NCBI GenBank assembly: GCA_016699365.1
Contig: CP064973.1
Location: 64,195 to 128,194 of the forward strand
Direction: 5' to 3'
Source: Candidatus Nomurabacteria bacterium
GTDB taxonomy: Bacteria; Patescibacteriota; Minisyncoccia; Phycocordibacterales; UBA9973
Length of the DNA: 64,000 nucleotides
The notes below the pieces were generated by a model. It was not told the origin of the DNA. It ran no database searches and worked only from the letters and a program-made list of their open reading frames with translations. This document shows, one piece after another, positions 38,207 through 47,599 of this stretch. A program made the position numbers and the translations under genes. Position 1 is the stretch's first letter. Every line of letters starts with the position of its first letter.

Positions 38207-40371
38207 CTTCTCAAAATCATCACCTTCTGGTATTGGTTCACTACGTACATATACATCCGGACCCTCTGCGAGTAGATCTTCTTCTGTTTTTGTGGCATCT
38301 TTTTAACAAAATGCATGTCTGGTAGCTCACGTATAACCTCTGCAAGCTCAAGCTCTCCACCCCTAACATCATTTTTCGCGTATGAGATAGTGCAGAATTT
38401 TTTAGCACGTGTGATTGCTACATATACTTCACGTTTTGCTACAGACTTATCCTTCTCTTCAATTTTTTCTTTTACAATCTCGGGCAAAGTAAAACCACCT
38501 CTTTTCTGAGACATTAGAGTTTCTTCGTTCATATGCGCAATCCAAACAGCTTCAAACTCTAAGCCTTTTGATTTATGCAAGGTCATAACCGAAACACCTT
38601 TGTGTGCGCCAAAAGTTGCAAGTGGTATGTGCATCTTATATGACTCTAATCTTTCTATATACTGTAAAAAATCTCCCAAGGTCACATGTGGATTTTTTTG
38701 TATTTGAATTTCTGCCAAATGAAACACTGTCCTCAAAGCTTCAGAATTCTCCAACAAATCTTCATGACTACCAGCACTCTTAATCAACAAGTCGTTCCCA
38801 ATTAGACTAAGTAGAGAAAGAAGTCCGCTTTTTGTAGATTCATTTATGAATAGCTCAAGTTTTTTGCCCCATTTGTATATCTGATCTTCATTTTCAAATA
38901 AACCAAAACTATCTTTTTGGGCTATGAGATTTTCAATGCTAAAATTTTTATTTTTCTTGTCACGAAGAAACTTATGAACTTCTATTGTATCGATCGAAGA
39001 TATATCATCTAGCATTGTATCAACAAGTGCGACAGTATTATTTGGATCTACTATAACTTTCAAGACCTTTCTAAAGCTCATAACCTTTCTAGAATCAAAA
39101 AAAGATGCTGAGTCCCCCATAGAAACAGGTACACCAAGATTCCGCAAACTAACAAGTGCGCTACGAACATGATAATTTTTAGGCACAAGCAAAGCGCATT
39201 CACGAGGATCTATTCCTGTAGAAATAATTTTCTTGAAATATAAACCTGCGCCAATTATCTCATCTCGTGGATACGAATATTCCGATAAATATATTTCATC
39301 AGAACCAGCACGATTACTCTTGAGTTTTTCATTTGTAAGACTACTAGATAGCAGTGTGTCAGCCAGTGACAATATTGGCGCTGTGGAACGATAATTTTCA
39401 ACCAGAGTTATGAGTTCAGCCTTACCAAAAGCTGTTTTGAATTCTTCAAAATACGATAACGATGCCCCTCCAAAACCATATATAAGCTGGCGATCATCTC
39501 CCACTACAAATATATTTGGTTTCTCCACCGAACCCCACACTGCTTTCAAAAAGCTATTTTGAACACCAGAAGAATCTTGATGTTCGTCGACAAGTACATA
39601 TAGCGCGCTCTCACCTACATCCGCACGCACATCTTCAGAATCTTCTACAAGTTGTACTGCGTACTCGAGCACGTCGTCATAATCCATAAGGATTCTATTT
39701 TGTTTTTCTGTCTCATAGCTTTCGTAAAATTCTACCACCTCACTTGTACGTTCAAGTGCTTCTATTTTTTTCAATACATCTTTTTTAATTTCACCTTTTG
39801 TAACACCTCTACTGGAAACACTGTCCGGATTTTTCTTGAGATCTTCTATCTCTTTCTCGATCTGCGCTTTAAAATCAATAGGTGAAATTCGTTCACGCTT
39901 CAAAAGTGAAATTAGGGACTTAAGGTCATGAAAATATGTTTCTGGCTTTACTCTAGGACGCAAATGTTTCCAATCTCTAGAATGTAAGAGTTCATCTGCT
40001 AGAAAAATTGACTCCTTTTCATCTAGCAAACTAGGGACATGACTAAGCCCTAAGCTTAGATAATTATCTTCTATAAGCCCAATAGCATAACTATGAAAAG
40101 TCGTAATACGCACATCATTTGCGCGAGTGCCTATGTACTTTTCGAGTCTCTTGCGCATTGCAGTTACACCAGAGCGTGTAAAAGTAAGACATAAAATACC
40201 CGAAGCCGGGGTATCAGTTTTAGTTAAAATATTTGCAATACGAAGCGCCAAGACCTCAGTTTTGCCGGTTCCAGGCCCTGCTATAACCATAACTGGACCT
40301 TCTATAGTATCAACAGCATCTCTCTGAGCTTCGTTTAGATTTTTATATGCATCAGCAAAGGGGGTGTTCAT
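38203..40371 (-). CDS. UvrD/PcrA-family superfamily-1 DNA helicase
   Basis: 722 aa. Walker A GPGTGKT, DEHQD, YRST and the remaining SF1 helicase motifs. Confidence 0.8.
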   Translation of the reverse strand: MNTPFADAYKNLNEAQRDAVDTIEGPVMVIAGPGTGKTEVLALRIANILTKTDTPASGILCLTFTRSGVTAMRKRLEKYIGTRANDVRITTFHSYAIGLIEDNYLSLGLSHVPSLLDEKESIFLADELLHSRDWKHLRPRVKPETYFHDLKSLISLLKRERISPIDFKAQIEKEIEDLKKNPDSVSSRGVTKGEIKKDVLKKIEALERTSEVVEFYESYETEKQNRILMDYDDVLEYAVQLVEDSEDVRADVGESALYVLVDEHQDSSGVQNSFLKAVWGSVEKPNIFVVGDDRQLIYGFGGASLSYFEEFKTAFGKAELITLVENYRSTAPILSLADTLLSSSLTNEKLKSNRAGSDEIYLSEYSYPRDEIIGAGLYFKKIISTGIDPRECALLVPKNYHVRSALVSLRNLGVPVSMGDSASFFDSRKVMSFRKVLKVIVDPNNTVALVDTMLDDISSIDTIEVHKFLRDKKNKNFSIENLIAQKDSFGLFENEDQIYKWGKKLELFINESTKSGLLSLLSLIGNDLLIKSAGSHEDLLENSEALRTVFHLAEIQIQKNPHVTLGDFLQYIERLESYKMHIPLATFGAHKGVSVMTLHKSKGLEFEAVWIAHMNEETLMSQKRGGFTLPEIVKEKIEEKDKSVAKREVYVAITRAKKFCTISYAKNDVRGGELELAEVIRELPDMHFVKKMPQKQKKIYSQRVRMYMYVVNQYQKVMILRR

Positions 40372-40837
40372 GAACTATATTATACGTAAAATTACTCTTT
40401 CTGATACTATTGACCAAATCGTAAAAAACTGTATACTAATAAAAATTTGTAAATTTATGCAAGGAAAAATTGAACTCGAGGACTACAAGAAATGTCAGTC
40501 CGCAAAGAACGCCGCCCTAGTGGTGGCAGTGTTGAACAAGGGCACGACAGCCCTTGCTCTCGGAATCTCAAAACCTCTTGAGAAAGAGATACGGGACCGA
40601 GCGAAGAAATATGTGAATGCAAAGAACGCCATTATGAAATGGCTCGGTGCAAAAACGCCAACAAATGCGCGACTCGCATTTGCCGAGATTAACAAATGTA
40701 AAATCAAAGATGAGAACATTGTCCGAGATTTTGCGGGGACACTAGACGGATTTGGCCTCGAAGAGATGAAGCGAATGTCACAGAAGGACATGCCTTCTCC
40801 ACAGGAGGCACAAAAACAAGAAGCAGAACAACAATAA
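40364..40837 (+). CDS. hypothetical protein in a GC-rich islet
   Basis: 157-aa ORF (more likely starting at MQGKIELEDY, about 40457). Local GC is visibly higher than surrounding DNA. Followed by a terminator. Confidence 0.4.
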   Translation: MFMNYIIRKITLSDTIDQIVKNCILIKICKFMQGKIELEDYKKCQSAKNAALVVAVLNKGTTALALGISKPLEKEIRDRAKKYVNAKNAIMKWLGAKTPTNARLAFAEINKCKIKDENIVRDFAGTLDGFGLEEMKRMSQKDMPSPQEAQKQEAEQQ

Positions 40838-40847
40838 TAATAAAAAA

Positions 40848-40876
40848 ATAAAAGCCCCGAATTTTCGGGGCTTTAA
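40848..40876. terminator. bidirectional rho-independent terminator
   Basis: gccccgaa-tttt-cggggc hairpin with flanking A/T runs, between convergent genes. Confidence 0.65.
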
Positions 40877-40880
40877 TTAT

Positions 40881-41681
40881 TTATGCAAGATAAATATTGT
40901 CATCTTGCACAACAACCACTGGCTTTCCTTTGGCCAAATGATCTACAGTAACCTGTAATTGCTTTTCAGCAACCTCATTTAGACATTTTCTATAATCCTC
41001 CACATTGAGGTTAGGAAAAAGTCTTTTCATAAAACCATAGGTGTGGTCGCATACATCATCGAGGATTTTTTTATGCCAAGATCGGTGGTATCGATACACC
41101 TGCAGACCGCTTCCATCTTGAGCAGGCAATCCTGTAGTAGTATCGTCAATCACGACAACTGCAACAGCATTGTGAGATCCAGAATATAAATCCGGACTCA
41201 CCCCTCTTGCGTTCAAGTTGTGGAGATAATTTTCTAGAATAAATCTAGCATCATCTTCATGAATACCGTATGTATCCAACTTGGTAAGCGCGCCTTTTGC
41301 GTGCCCACAACCAGCGCATAACATAGAATTTTCTCCATGATCTCCATCATCACTGTGATAAGTAACAGTACCAATAGCTCTCTCTAGATCTTCAATAAAT
41401 TCAGAGATATCATGATCTCCACTGATTCCATGAGATTTTCTAAATAAATCTAAACTTCCGAGAGCTGTTATTACAACCCCCAAACCAGCACCTGGTAGAG
41501 CGACATCAGGCAAAAAGCCCTTTTGTCGGTGCTCTCTATCATCTATACAGCCTTTTGAAACTGCATAAACCGGTCTTTGGCCAATGTCATAGCGATTTCT
41601 TTTTATAAAATCGATTACATCTTCTGGTGAAAAAGGCATAACGCCCAATTCTACATCATGTTGTGCTTGCTGTTCATTCAT
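40881..41681 (-). CDS. hypothetical protein in a GC-rich islet
   Basis: 266-aa ORF with distinctive HSDDGDHGENSMLCAGCGHAKG block. I cannot assign a family from sequence alone. Confidence 0.45.
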   Translation of the reverse strand: MNEQQAQHDVELGVMPFSPEDVIDFIKRNRYDIGQRPVYAVSKGCIDDREHRQKGFLPDVALPGAGLGVVITALGSLDLFRKSHGISGDHDISEFIEDLERAIGTVTYHSDDGDHGENSMLCAGCGHAKGALTKLDTYGIHEDDARFILENYLHNLNARGVSPDLYSGSHNAVAVVVIDDTTTGLPAQDGSGLQVYRYHRSWHKKILDDVCDHTYGFMKRLFPNLNVEDYRKCLNEVAEKQLQVTVDHLAKGKPVVVVQDDNIYLA

Positions 41682-41750
41682 ATCCTATGTTTTTAAATAC
41701 AATAACAAAACCAAAGATGACAATAGCACGCTTAAATACAAAAGACAATA

Positions 41751-42422
41751 TTAGTTTTGAACTTCTAGTGGGACGGCCGGAGTTTCATTTTTTTCTTCAA
41801 CTACAGGCTCGAGACGACGTAAAAGTTTATCGTACACATAAGCATAAGCTATAGCAGAAAGCGGAACTGTAACTAGTAGACCCACAACAAAACAAAGTAA
41901 GCCTAGTAGGTTAATAAGTCCTATAAGAATAGTAAACAAGAAAAGCTTCCATGTTACACCTTTTGTTATAAGCATAGACTCTCTCATGGCCTGACGGATA
42001 GTTATGTCTTTTTTGTCTATAATGAGATATTTATAGAATCCCAACCTAATCATCAAGATTACACCTGGCACAATCAGTAATACAAAACCAAGTAATACAA
42101 AAAATGCATAAACTAAACTTCCTCCAAAATATTTCCAGAATTGAGGAGCGGGCTTAACTATATCCTTAACCCCAAAAGATTCCCCTCTAACAGAAAGTAG
42201 AGTTATGTATATATAACCCATACCCAACAGAACACCAAAAACTACTTGAGCAATATTGAATATAATTATTGCTATAGAGTTGGTAGAATTTGAAGCTGCT
42301 TCACTAAAAAGCAAAGAGACACAAAAAATAGTAAAAGACAGTAAGGCAAAAAATGATAAATTTTCCTTGGCTTTCATCCAGCCAAATTTTATTGATTCTT
42401 TATTTGAAAAAAGTGTATTCAT
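41751..42422 (-). CDS. hypothetical polytopic membrane protein
   Basis: 223 aa with multiple predicted TM helices. Confidence 0.45.
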   Translation of the reverse strand: MNTLFSNKESIKFGWMKAKENLSFFALLSFTIFCVSLLFSEAASNSTNSIAIIIFNIAQVVFGVLLGMGYIYITLLSVRGESFGVKDIVKPAPQFWKYFGGSLVYAFFVLLGFVLLIVPGVILMIRLGFYKYLIIDKKDITIRQAMRESMLITKGVTWKLFLFTILIGLINLLGLLCFVVGLLVTVPLSAIAYAYVYDKLLRRLEPVVEEKNETPAVPLEVQN

Positions 42423-42436
42423 ATTTATATTATGAG

Positions 42437-43669
42437 TTACTTACCACTATTTTCCAAGTTTTCTGATATAGATCGAACAATATTTTCAAACAAAACAGCT
42501 TGAGCTCCGTAGTCTTCTGCTATGAAGTCTCCTGAAGGAATGTCTTTCGATAGTAAGTTTTTATCTTGCAGATACTGCTCTATTTCCTCACTGTTTTTGT
42601 ACATGTCACTCTTAGAGAATAGAAACGCATACCAAGGCATTCGTGTTTTTATATTTCCTAAAACATCTACTGTTACTTTTTCACGGAGAAATGTTTTTCC
42701 AAATCCTAAAAATTTAGCATCAACCGCATATACGAATGATATTTTAGAATCTCCGATTGATACTTCTTTTATACGATCATCTTTATGCATCATAGTTTTT
42801 GAAAATACTTCCAAATCAATCAGAGATGAAACACCCACACTAGATATATAAATATCCTCATCTTTCAGATCAGTCCTTTTGATGGTAAGTTTTTCGCTTT
42901 CTGTATTAGAAGTTAAACCAGCCAAATAAGGTTTGTTTGTAAACCACAAAGAAACTATTTCGGTGTGAATTCTATTTATATTTACAACCGCTTCTGTATT
43001 TACTTCATCTACAGAGCCACTAGTTTCTATACACTTAATAAGCTTTCCTTGAAAATCAAGTAAGGCTTCAACACGCTCCTGATCTGGAAGTGAATCTTTT
43101 CTGTATTCATCAACCACTTCTATAGAGACAGATCTGTAGATCGCCTTTAGTCTATTTAGTACCAAAGACGATGTCTCGTCTTGAGATGTCACTTTCTCTA
43201 CCTCGTCTATCATATCTGATCTTAGACCTAGAGTTTCTTTGTATAGAGAACCCTGAATTTCACTCATGCCGTCTTGTGCATTTTCTGGCAATGTATAACT
43301 ATCTTTCTGCCAAGCAAAACTCTGTTTATCTATATCTTCTTGGTTAGTAAAATAAGTATCTACTAAACTACAAAAATCTGAATCAGAAGGATTCTCGTCA
43401 TTGACTGAAGTTACTAATTTGTCAGTCACAAAAGCTAAGTAGCCAAAAGTTTGTGGAAGATATGTAGTAGAAGGTGCCTGAAGAGCAACGGTATCAACTA
43501 TTGTCTCAGTATCTGGTAGATAATCCTGTGAAAAAACAATACTTTTGGTGGTAGGAAATCCCACAAATATACTAAAAATACTTATAAAAATGGCTATTTT
43601 TTGGATCTTTTTCATAAAAACAGTATAACACCTAGGTAAAATATGAAAAGTATTGAAAAAATTGAGCAC
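42437..43669 (-). CDS. hypothetical secreted protein
   Basis: 410 aa. Probable start at MKKIQKIAIFISIFSIFVG (signal peptide). Confidence 0.45.
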   Translation of the reverse strand: MLNFFNTFHILPRCYTVFMKKIQKIAIFISIFSIFVGFPTTKSIVFSQDYLPDTETIVDTVALQAPSTTYLPQTFGYLAFVTDKLVTSVNDENPSDSDFCSLVDTYFTNQEDIDKQSFAWQKDSYTLPENAQDGMSEIQGSLYKETLGLRSDMIDEVEKVTSQDETSSLVLNRLKAIYRSVSIEVVDEYRKDSLPDQERVEALLDFQGKLIKCIETSGSVDEVNTEAVVNINRIHTEIVSLWFTNKPYLAGLTSNTESEKLTIKRTDLKDEDIYISSVGVSSLIDLEVFSKTMMHKDDRIKEVSIGDSKISFVYAVDAKFLGFGKTFLREKVTVDVLGNIKTRMPWYAFLFSKSDMYKNSEEIEQYLQDKNLLSKDIPSGDFIAEDYGAQAVLFENIVRSISENLENSGK

Positions 43670-43691
43670 AAATTAACAACAAATGTCAAAA

Positions 43692-44261
43692 TTATGATTT
43701 CTTACATCTAAAACAATCCTTCGTGTGATCATCTACCATACCAATACCCTGCATAAATGCATAACAAATAGTAGAACCGAAAAATTTAAAACCCCTCTTT
43801 TTCAAATCCTTGGATAATAGATCTGATATATTACTCTGAGACAGAACTTTAGAATAGTTTGTCGGCTTGTTTACAATACTTTTACCATCTACAAAACTCC
43901 AAAAATATTTAGAAGCTGTACTGAATTCTTTTTGTAAATCTAAAAATGCTTTAGCGTTCCCTATTGTTGCTTCTATTTTGCCTCTATGGCGAATTATTCC
44001 AGGATTTTTCATTAGTCTATCTACATCTCGCTTTGTCATTTTAGAAATTTTGCGTGGGGCAAAATTATAAAAAGCTTTAGCGAAATTATCACGTTTATGA
44101 AGTATACAGGCCCAAGATAATCCAGCCTGATTTGAATCTAAAACCAAAGCTTCAAAAATATCTATATCCTTCTTCTTTGGAACACCCCAAACATAATCAT
44201 GATAATCTCGCATCAAGATATCTTCCCCATTCGCCCATCTACAACGTCTCCTTTTTTTCAT
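43692..44261 (-). CDS. tag: DNA-3-methyladenine glycosylase I
   Basis: 189 aa. CRW..., YHDYVWGVP, ALVLDSNQAGLSWACIL and C-terminal Cys residues match Tag. Confidence 0.8.
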   Translation of the reverse strand: MKKRRRCRWANGEDILMRDYHDYVWGVPKKKDIDIFEALVLDSNQAGLSWACILHKRDNFAKAFYNFAPRKISKMTKRDVDRLMKNPGIIRHRGKIEATIGNAKAFLDLQKEFSTASKYFWSFVDGKSIVNKPTNYSKVLSQSNISDLLSKDLKKRGFKFFGSTICYAFMQGIGMVDDHTKDCFRCKKS

Positions 44262-44354
44262 GTGTTTATTATACTATTTAACTTGCTAATTTTAAAAAAA
44301 TGTATTAGAATGTAGACCTTATCAATTATGCGTGGATAACTCCCACATAAATAC

Positions 44355-44474
44355 ATGTCAGACGAAATAATAAAGGATGAAGAAATGGAAGCTGTAGAAG
44401 GAGCTGAAGTAGCTGCTACAGAAGGAGAAGTAGTTGCTGATGAAGAAGTTTCTTCAGAAGAAGTAGCTGCATAG
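44355..44474 (+). CDS. possible 39-aa highly acidic mini-protein (not in the ORF track)
   Basis: MSDEIIKDEEMEAVEGAEVAATEGEVVADEEVSSEEVAA, followed at about 25 nt by a strong hairpin terminator. Confidence 0.25.
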   Translation: MSDEIIKDEEMEAVEGAEVAATEGEVVADEEVSSEEVAA

Positions 44475-44498
44475 TATTCGATACTAATCGAAATAATA

Positions 44499-44526
44499 AA
44501 AAGCGGGCATTGCCCGCTTTTTATTA
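44499..44526. terminator. bidirectional rho-independent terminator
   Basis: gcgggca-t-tgcccgc hairpin followed by TTTTTATT. Confidence 0.65.
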
Positions 44527-44533
44527 TTTTACC

Positions 44534-44956
44534 TTATCTCCATGAACCTAATATAAAACCAAAAACCATAAACAACACCAGATTATATCCTGCGGAAATT
44601 AAGAAAACTTTCCATGCATCCTTGCGTGGACGAGAACTCCACATACATGACCCCGCAACCACTGGCATAACAAATCCAAGCCAGACCAAAAGTGCATTTG
44701 AAATCCCATTTATACTGGTCCAGTTTTTTATATATACAACCAAAACATATGCCTGTAAAAGCGCGAGGATAAACTGTGTAGCGTATAGCTGCCACATTTT
44801 TTTCTGTATTTCAGCCATTTTTTCAGGCGTCATACCTATATCCATACCAGAAGCTTTAATAAAAGCGTTCCCAAACAAAAGTTTCGAATGCCACAAAGAC
44901 CCTACGATCATAGCAGCAACTCCACACACTAAAACTGCAAGTAAATTTATATCCAT
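44534..44956 (-). CDS. hypothetical membrane protein
   Basis: 140 aa with 4 predicted TM helices. Confidence 0.45.
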   Translation of the reverse strand: MDINLLAVLVCGVAAMIVGSLWHSKLLFGNAFIKASGMDIGMTPEKMAEIQKKMWQLYATQFILALLQAYVLVVYIKNWTSINGISNALLVWLGFVMPVVAGSCMWSSRPRKDAWKVFLISAGYNLVLFMVFGFILGSWR

Positions 44957-45057
44957 AAATTGTTTTTAACTCATAAAACTAGTCCAATTATACCCCAAAT
45001 ATGCCTTACCAAAAATATAGTCTAAACATTGACATATATAGATTTATGTGATATTCT

Positions 45058-45666
45058 ATGAAAAAATACAATATGAAGATATTTGAAAAAGTAGTAAAAA
45101 CCATAACGGTACTGTACCTAAGAAGACATCTAAAGGAGAGCTTCCGCATAGGCAGAATAAACATTTTAATGGAAAAACTGAAAAACTGCCTGGAAGAAAA
45201 GGATACGAAGAAGGCAATAATCTCGTATGTAAGAGCACTAGTGATTCTAGAAAAATGCTCGTGGGAATTCTACTCTTTATCAAGAATAAAAAGTAGAGAA
45301 AAAACAATTTTCTATCAGAAACTAGGTCAGTTACTAACTCTGCACTTAGACTTGAAGAACAATAATCGCCTTATGTTTATAGGACAACCCATTTTCTGGG
45401 GAGGACAGAACATGGAGGACGGTACTCATATATACCATATGCACGTATGGAAAAATTCATTCAACGAGACCGAAGATTATTTCAAGCTATCCAAGCTCTC
45501 TACACTGAACGAGCCCAACAAAGAAGTGGACGAATCTTGGGGGTTTATGAAAGCATCAATCCAGAGATTCTACGATAAAATGATTGAGGTAAACTCAATG
45601 TTAAATAATACAGAAGAAATAAAAATAAAAGGGATGGAGGCTTATGATCCTCTACCCTTGAGATAA
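45058..45666 (+). CDS. hypothetical protein
   Basis: 202-aa ORF. Terminator gccgcatca-aaaa-tgatgcggc+TTT at 45666-45700. Confidence 0.4.
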   Translation: MKKYNMKIFEKVVKTITVLYLRRHLKESFRIGRINILMEKLKNCLEEKDTKKAIISYVRALVILEKCSWEFYSLSRIKSREKTIFYQKLGQLLTLHLDLKNNNRLMFIGQPIFWGGQNMEDGTHIYHMHVWKNSFNETEDYFKLSKLSTLNEPNKEVDESWGFMKASIQRFYDKMIEVNSMLNNTEEIKIKGMEAYDPLPLR

Positions 45667-45944
45667 AAAAAGCCGCATCAAAAATGATGCGGCTTTAATA
45701 TTTAAATATTATTCTTCTGCCGGAATAAAGCTTGTTCCATATATTCGCATTTGATTAAACTTTCCCCAAAAAGCTACAAATACAATAGCTAGTACAATTA
45801 CAAAAGAAACAAAAATCTGCATTTTTTTCATATAACAAATTGTAACGCTTAAATAGAAACTATCAAAATATAAATTTGACTAATATTAACAACAAGCTAT
45901 AATGTGCTAAAGAAAAGATTTTCAAAAAAATAAAACTTTTTATA

Positions 45945-46364
45945 ATGGCGAAGTTACCAGAAAACAAAAGGCTTTACCAAATAAAAGATTTGGGTATTGG
46001 AGAGACTGCATATGTTTCAGTCTATGCATTAAGAGTCGATCAAGATGAAGAGTGTTATCTACTAAAAGATTACGCTATATTCAAAAAAAAGAATGATGAC
46101 AATGCCCAACTAAAAATAAAAAGGGTGAAAAATGGATTCATCGCATTTATTCTTGATATTAACTACCACTGGGGAATATCTGATGACATAGAATACACTG
46201 CGGGTGAAAAATCACAGTACTTACCAATCATAGGTTTCGGAGATGTGCTTGTATATGAGAAGCTTTCTATTAAAGAACTCAGAGATGCTCTTTTGGCAGC
46301 TGAGCAAGTTGAAGATTATGAGGAAGCAAGCAAAATTAGAAATCTATTGGCTCAGAAAAAATAA
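45945..46364 (+). CDS. hypothetical protein with C-terminal UVR (UvrB/UvrC-type) motif
   Basis: 139 aa. C-terminus LSIKELRDALLAAEQVEDYEEASKIRNLLAQ resembles the UVR domain. Terminator at 46363-46396. Confidence 0.45.
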   Translation: MAKLPENKRLYQIKDLGIGETAYVSVYALRVDQDEECYLLKDYAIFKKKNDDNAQLKIKRVKNGFIAFILDINYHWGISDDIEYTAGEKSQYLPIIGFGDVLVYEKLSIKELRDALLAAEQVEDYEEASKIRNLLAQKK

Positions 46365-46402
46365 AAAAACTCCGCAGTTTGCGGAGTTTTTCTTTTGGAA
46401 AT

Positions 46403-46939
46403 TTATTTCATTTCGTGACCTGTACAAACACCACCCTTCTTGCAATCGTCACATCCATCACATTTAGAAGCACCACATGTTCCGCATCCACAATTGCAAA
46501 CATCTTCTTTTGAGCAATCACATCCGCCAGAATGACAAGATTTGCATCCGCATCCACAAACATGTCTCATAAGAGAATACTTACCAGGTCCACCAAAAGC
46601 TATAGCAAGTGATGAAACAAGAAGTATTATATCTATTTCAGCCGCATTGAATCCCATACCAGACTTTACAAGAATTATTGCAAAGATCATTACAACAGAT
46701 AGGAGTATTCCTGCATATCTAGCAAAAACACCCAATAGGACAGCAATACCACCAACCAATTCAATAGAAGCAACTATGTAGGCAAATATTGAACTTAGTC
46801 CTAGTGATCCAAAAAATCCAATTGTAGCATCCATGTTTTGGAATTTAGATATACCGTGGGAAATAAAAATTGCCGCAACACCGATTCGAAGTAGTAGTAA
46901 ACCGGTATCAGGACAGTGCATTTTTTTCATCATTTTCAT
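46403..46939 (-). CDS. DoxX-family membrane protein with metallothionein-like Cys-rich C-terminal tail
   Basis: 178 aa. DoxX-like 4-TM core (LLLLRIGVAAIFISHG...). The C-terminal 55 aa contain 19 Cys (CGCGCKSCHSGGCDCSKEDVCNCGCGTCGASKCDGCDDCKKGGVC). Confidence 0.6.
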   Translation of the reverse strand: MKMMKKMHCPDTGLLLLRIGVAAIFISHGISKFQNMDATIGFFGSLGLSSIFAYIVASIELVGGIAVLLGVFARYAGILLSVVMIFAIILVKSGMGFNAAEIDIILLVSSLAIAFGGPGKYSLMRHVCGCGCKSCHSGGCDCSKEDVCNCGCGTCGASKCDGCDDCKKGGVCTGHEMK

Positions 46940-46998
46940 AATTAAACTAAATAAAATAAATTTATAATGTTTGTATTATATCATACAAAATATCTTGT

Positions 46999-47520
46999 CT
47001 ATTTTTTCTTGACTGTTGCTACTTTCTTCTTTGGAGCTTTCTCAGCTTTAACTGCTTTTTTAACAATAGGCTTTTCTGGAGCCATCTTTTCCACCTTTGG
47101 GGTATTCATTTTTTCTATAGCACCGATTAACCTATCTAGCTTCATACTTATTTCTGCTAGCTGTTTTTTTGTATCATCATTTTGAGGGGCTGGTCTAAAT
47201 TCCTGTCTAGAAGCAGGTGCTCTGCTACCACCAAAATCCTTGCGTGAATTTCTGTCACCACCTTCTCTTTTGCTACCAAAACAATTTGAACAGTACACAG
47301 GCTTCTCACCTGATGGTCTAAAAGGCACTTCACAATTATTTCCACATTCACTACAAGTAGCTTTATGCATAACTACAGAATCTCTACTTCCACCCTTGTC
47401 TCCTCCCCAACTTTTTTTCTGAAAATCCGGTCGTCCACCGCTATTTCCACCTCTAAAACCTCCCCCACCCCTGTTATCTCTATCCTTAAAATTTCCCATA
47501 TAGTTTATGTCTATCGCCAA
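46999..47520 (-). CDS. Gly/Arg-rich zinc-ribbon protein (putative nucleic-acid binding)
   Basis: 173 aa. N-terminal RGG/GGNSGG repeats, CSECGNNC...CSNCF zinc ribbon, Lys-rich C-terminal tail. Confidence 0.45.
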   Translation of the reverse strand: MAIDINYMGNFKDRDNRGGGGFRGGNSGGRPDFQKKSWGGDKGGSRDSVVMHKATCSECGNNCEVPFRPSGEKPVYCSNCFGSKREGGDRNSRKDFGGSRAPASRQEFRPAPQNDDTKKQLAEISMKLDRLIGAIEKMNTPKVEKMAPEKPIVKKAVKAEKAPKKKVATVKKK

Positions 47521-47599
47521 TAATATGACGAATATATTTATTAATTAGTAAGTCTTGCCCATAGTCTATGCTTTTAATCGACAATAATCAAATAAAATC

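Noticed and set aside
40881-41681. Assigning the 266-aa GC-rich ORF to phosphoribosyltransferases based on the VAVVVIDDTTTG segment
   Set aside because: The segment fails the type I PRT signature at two positions, and the protein is too different overall. Left as unassigned.
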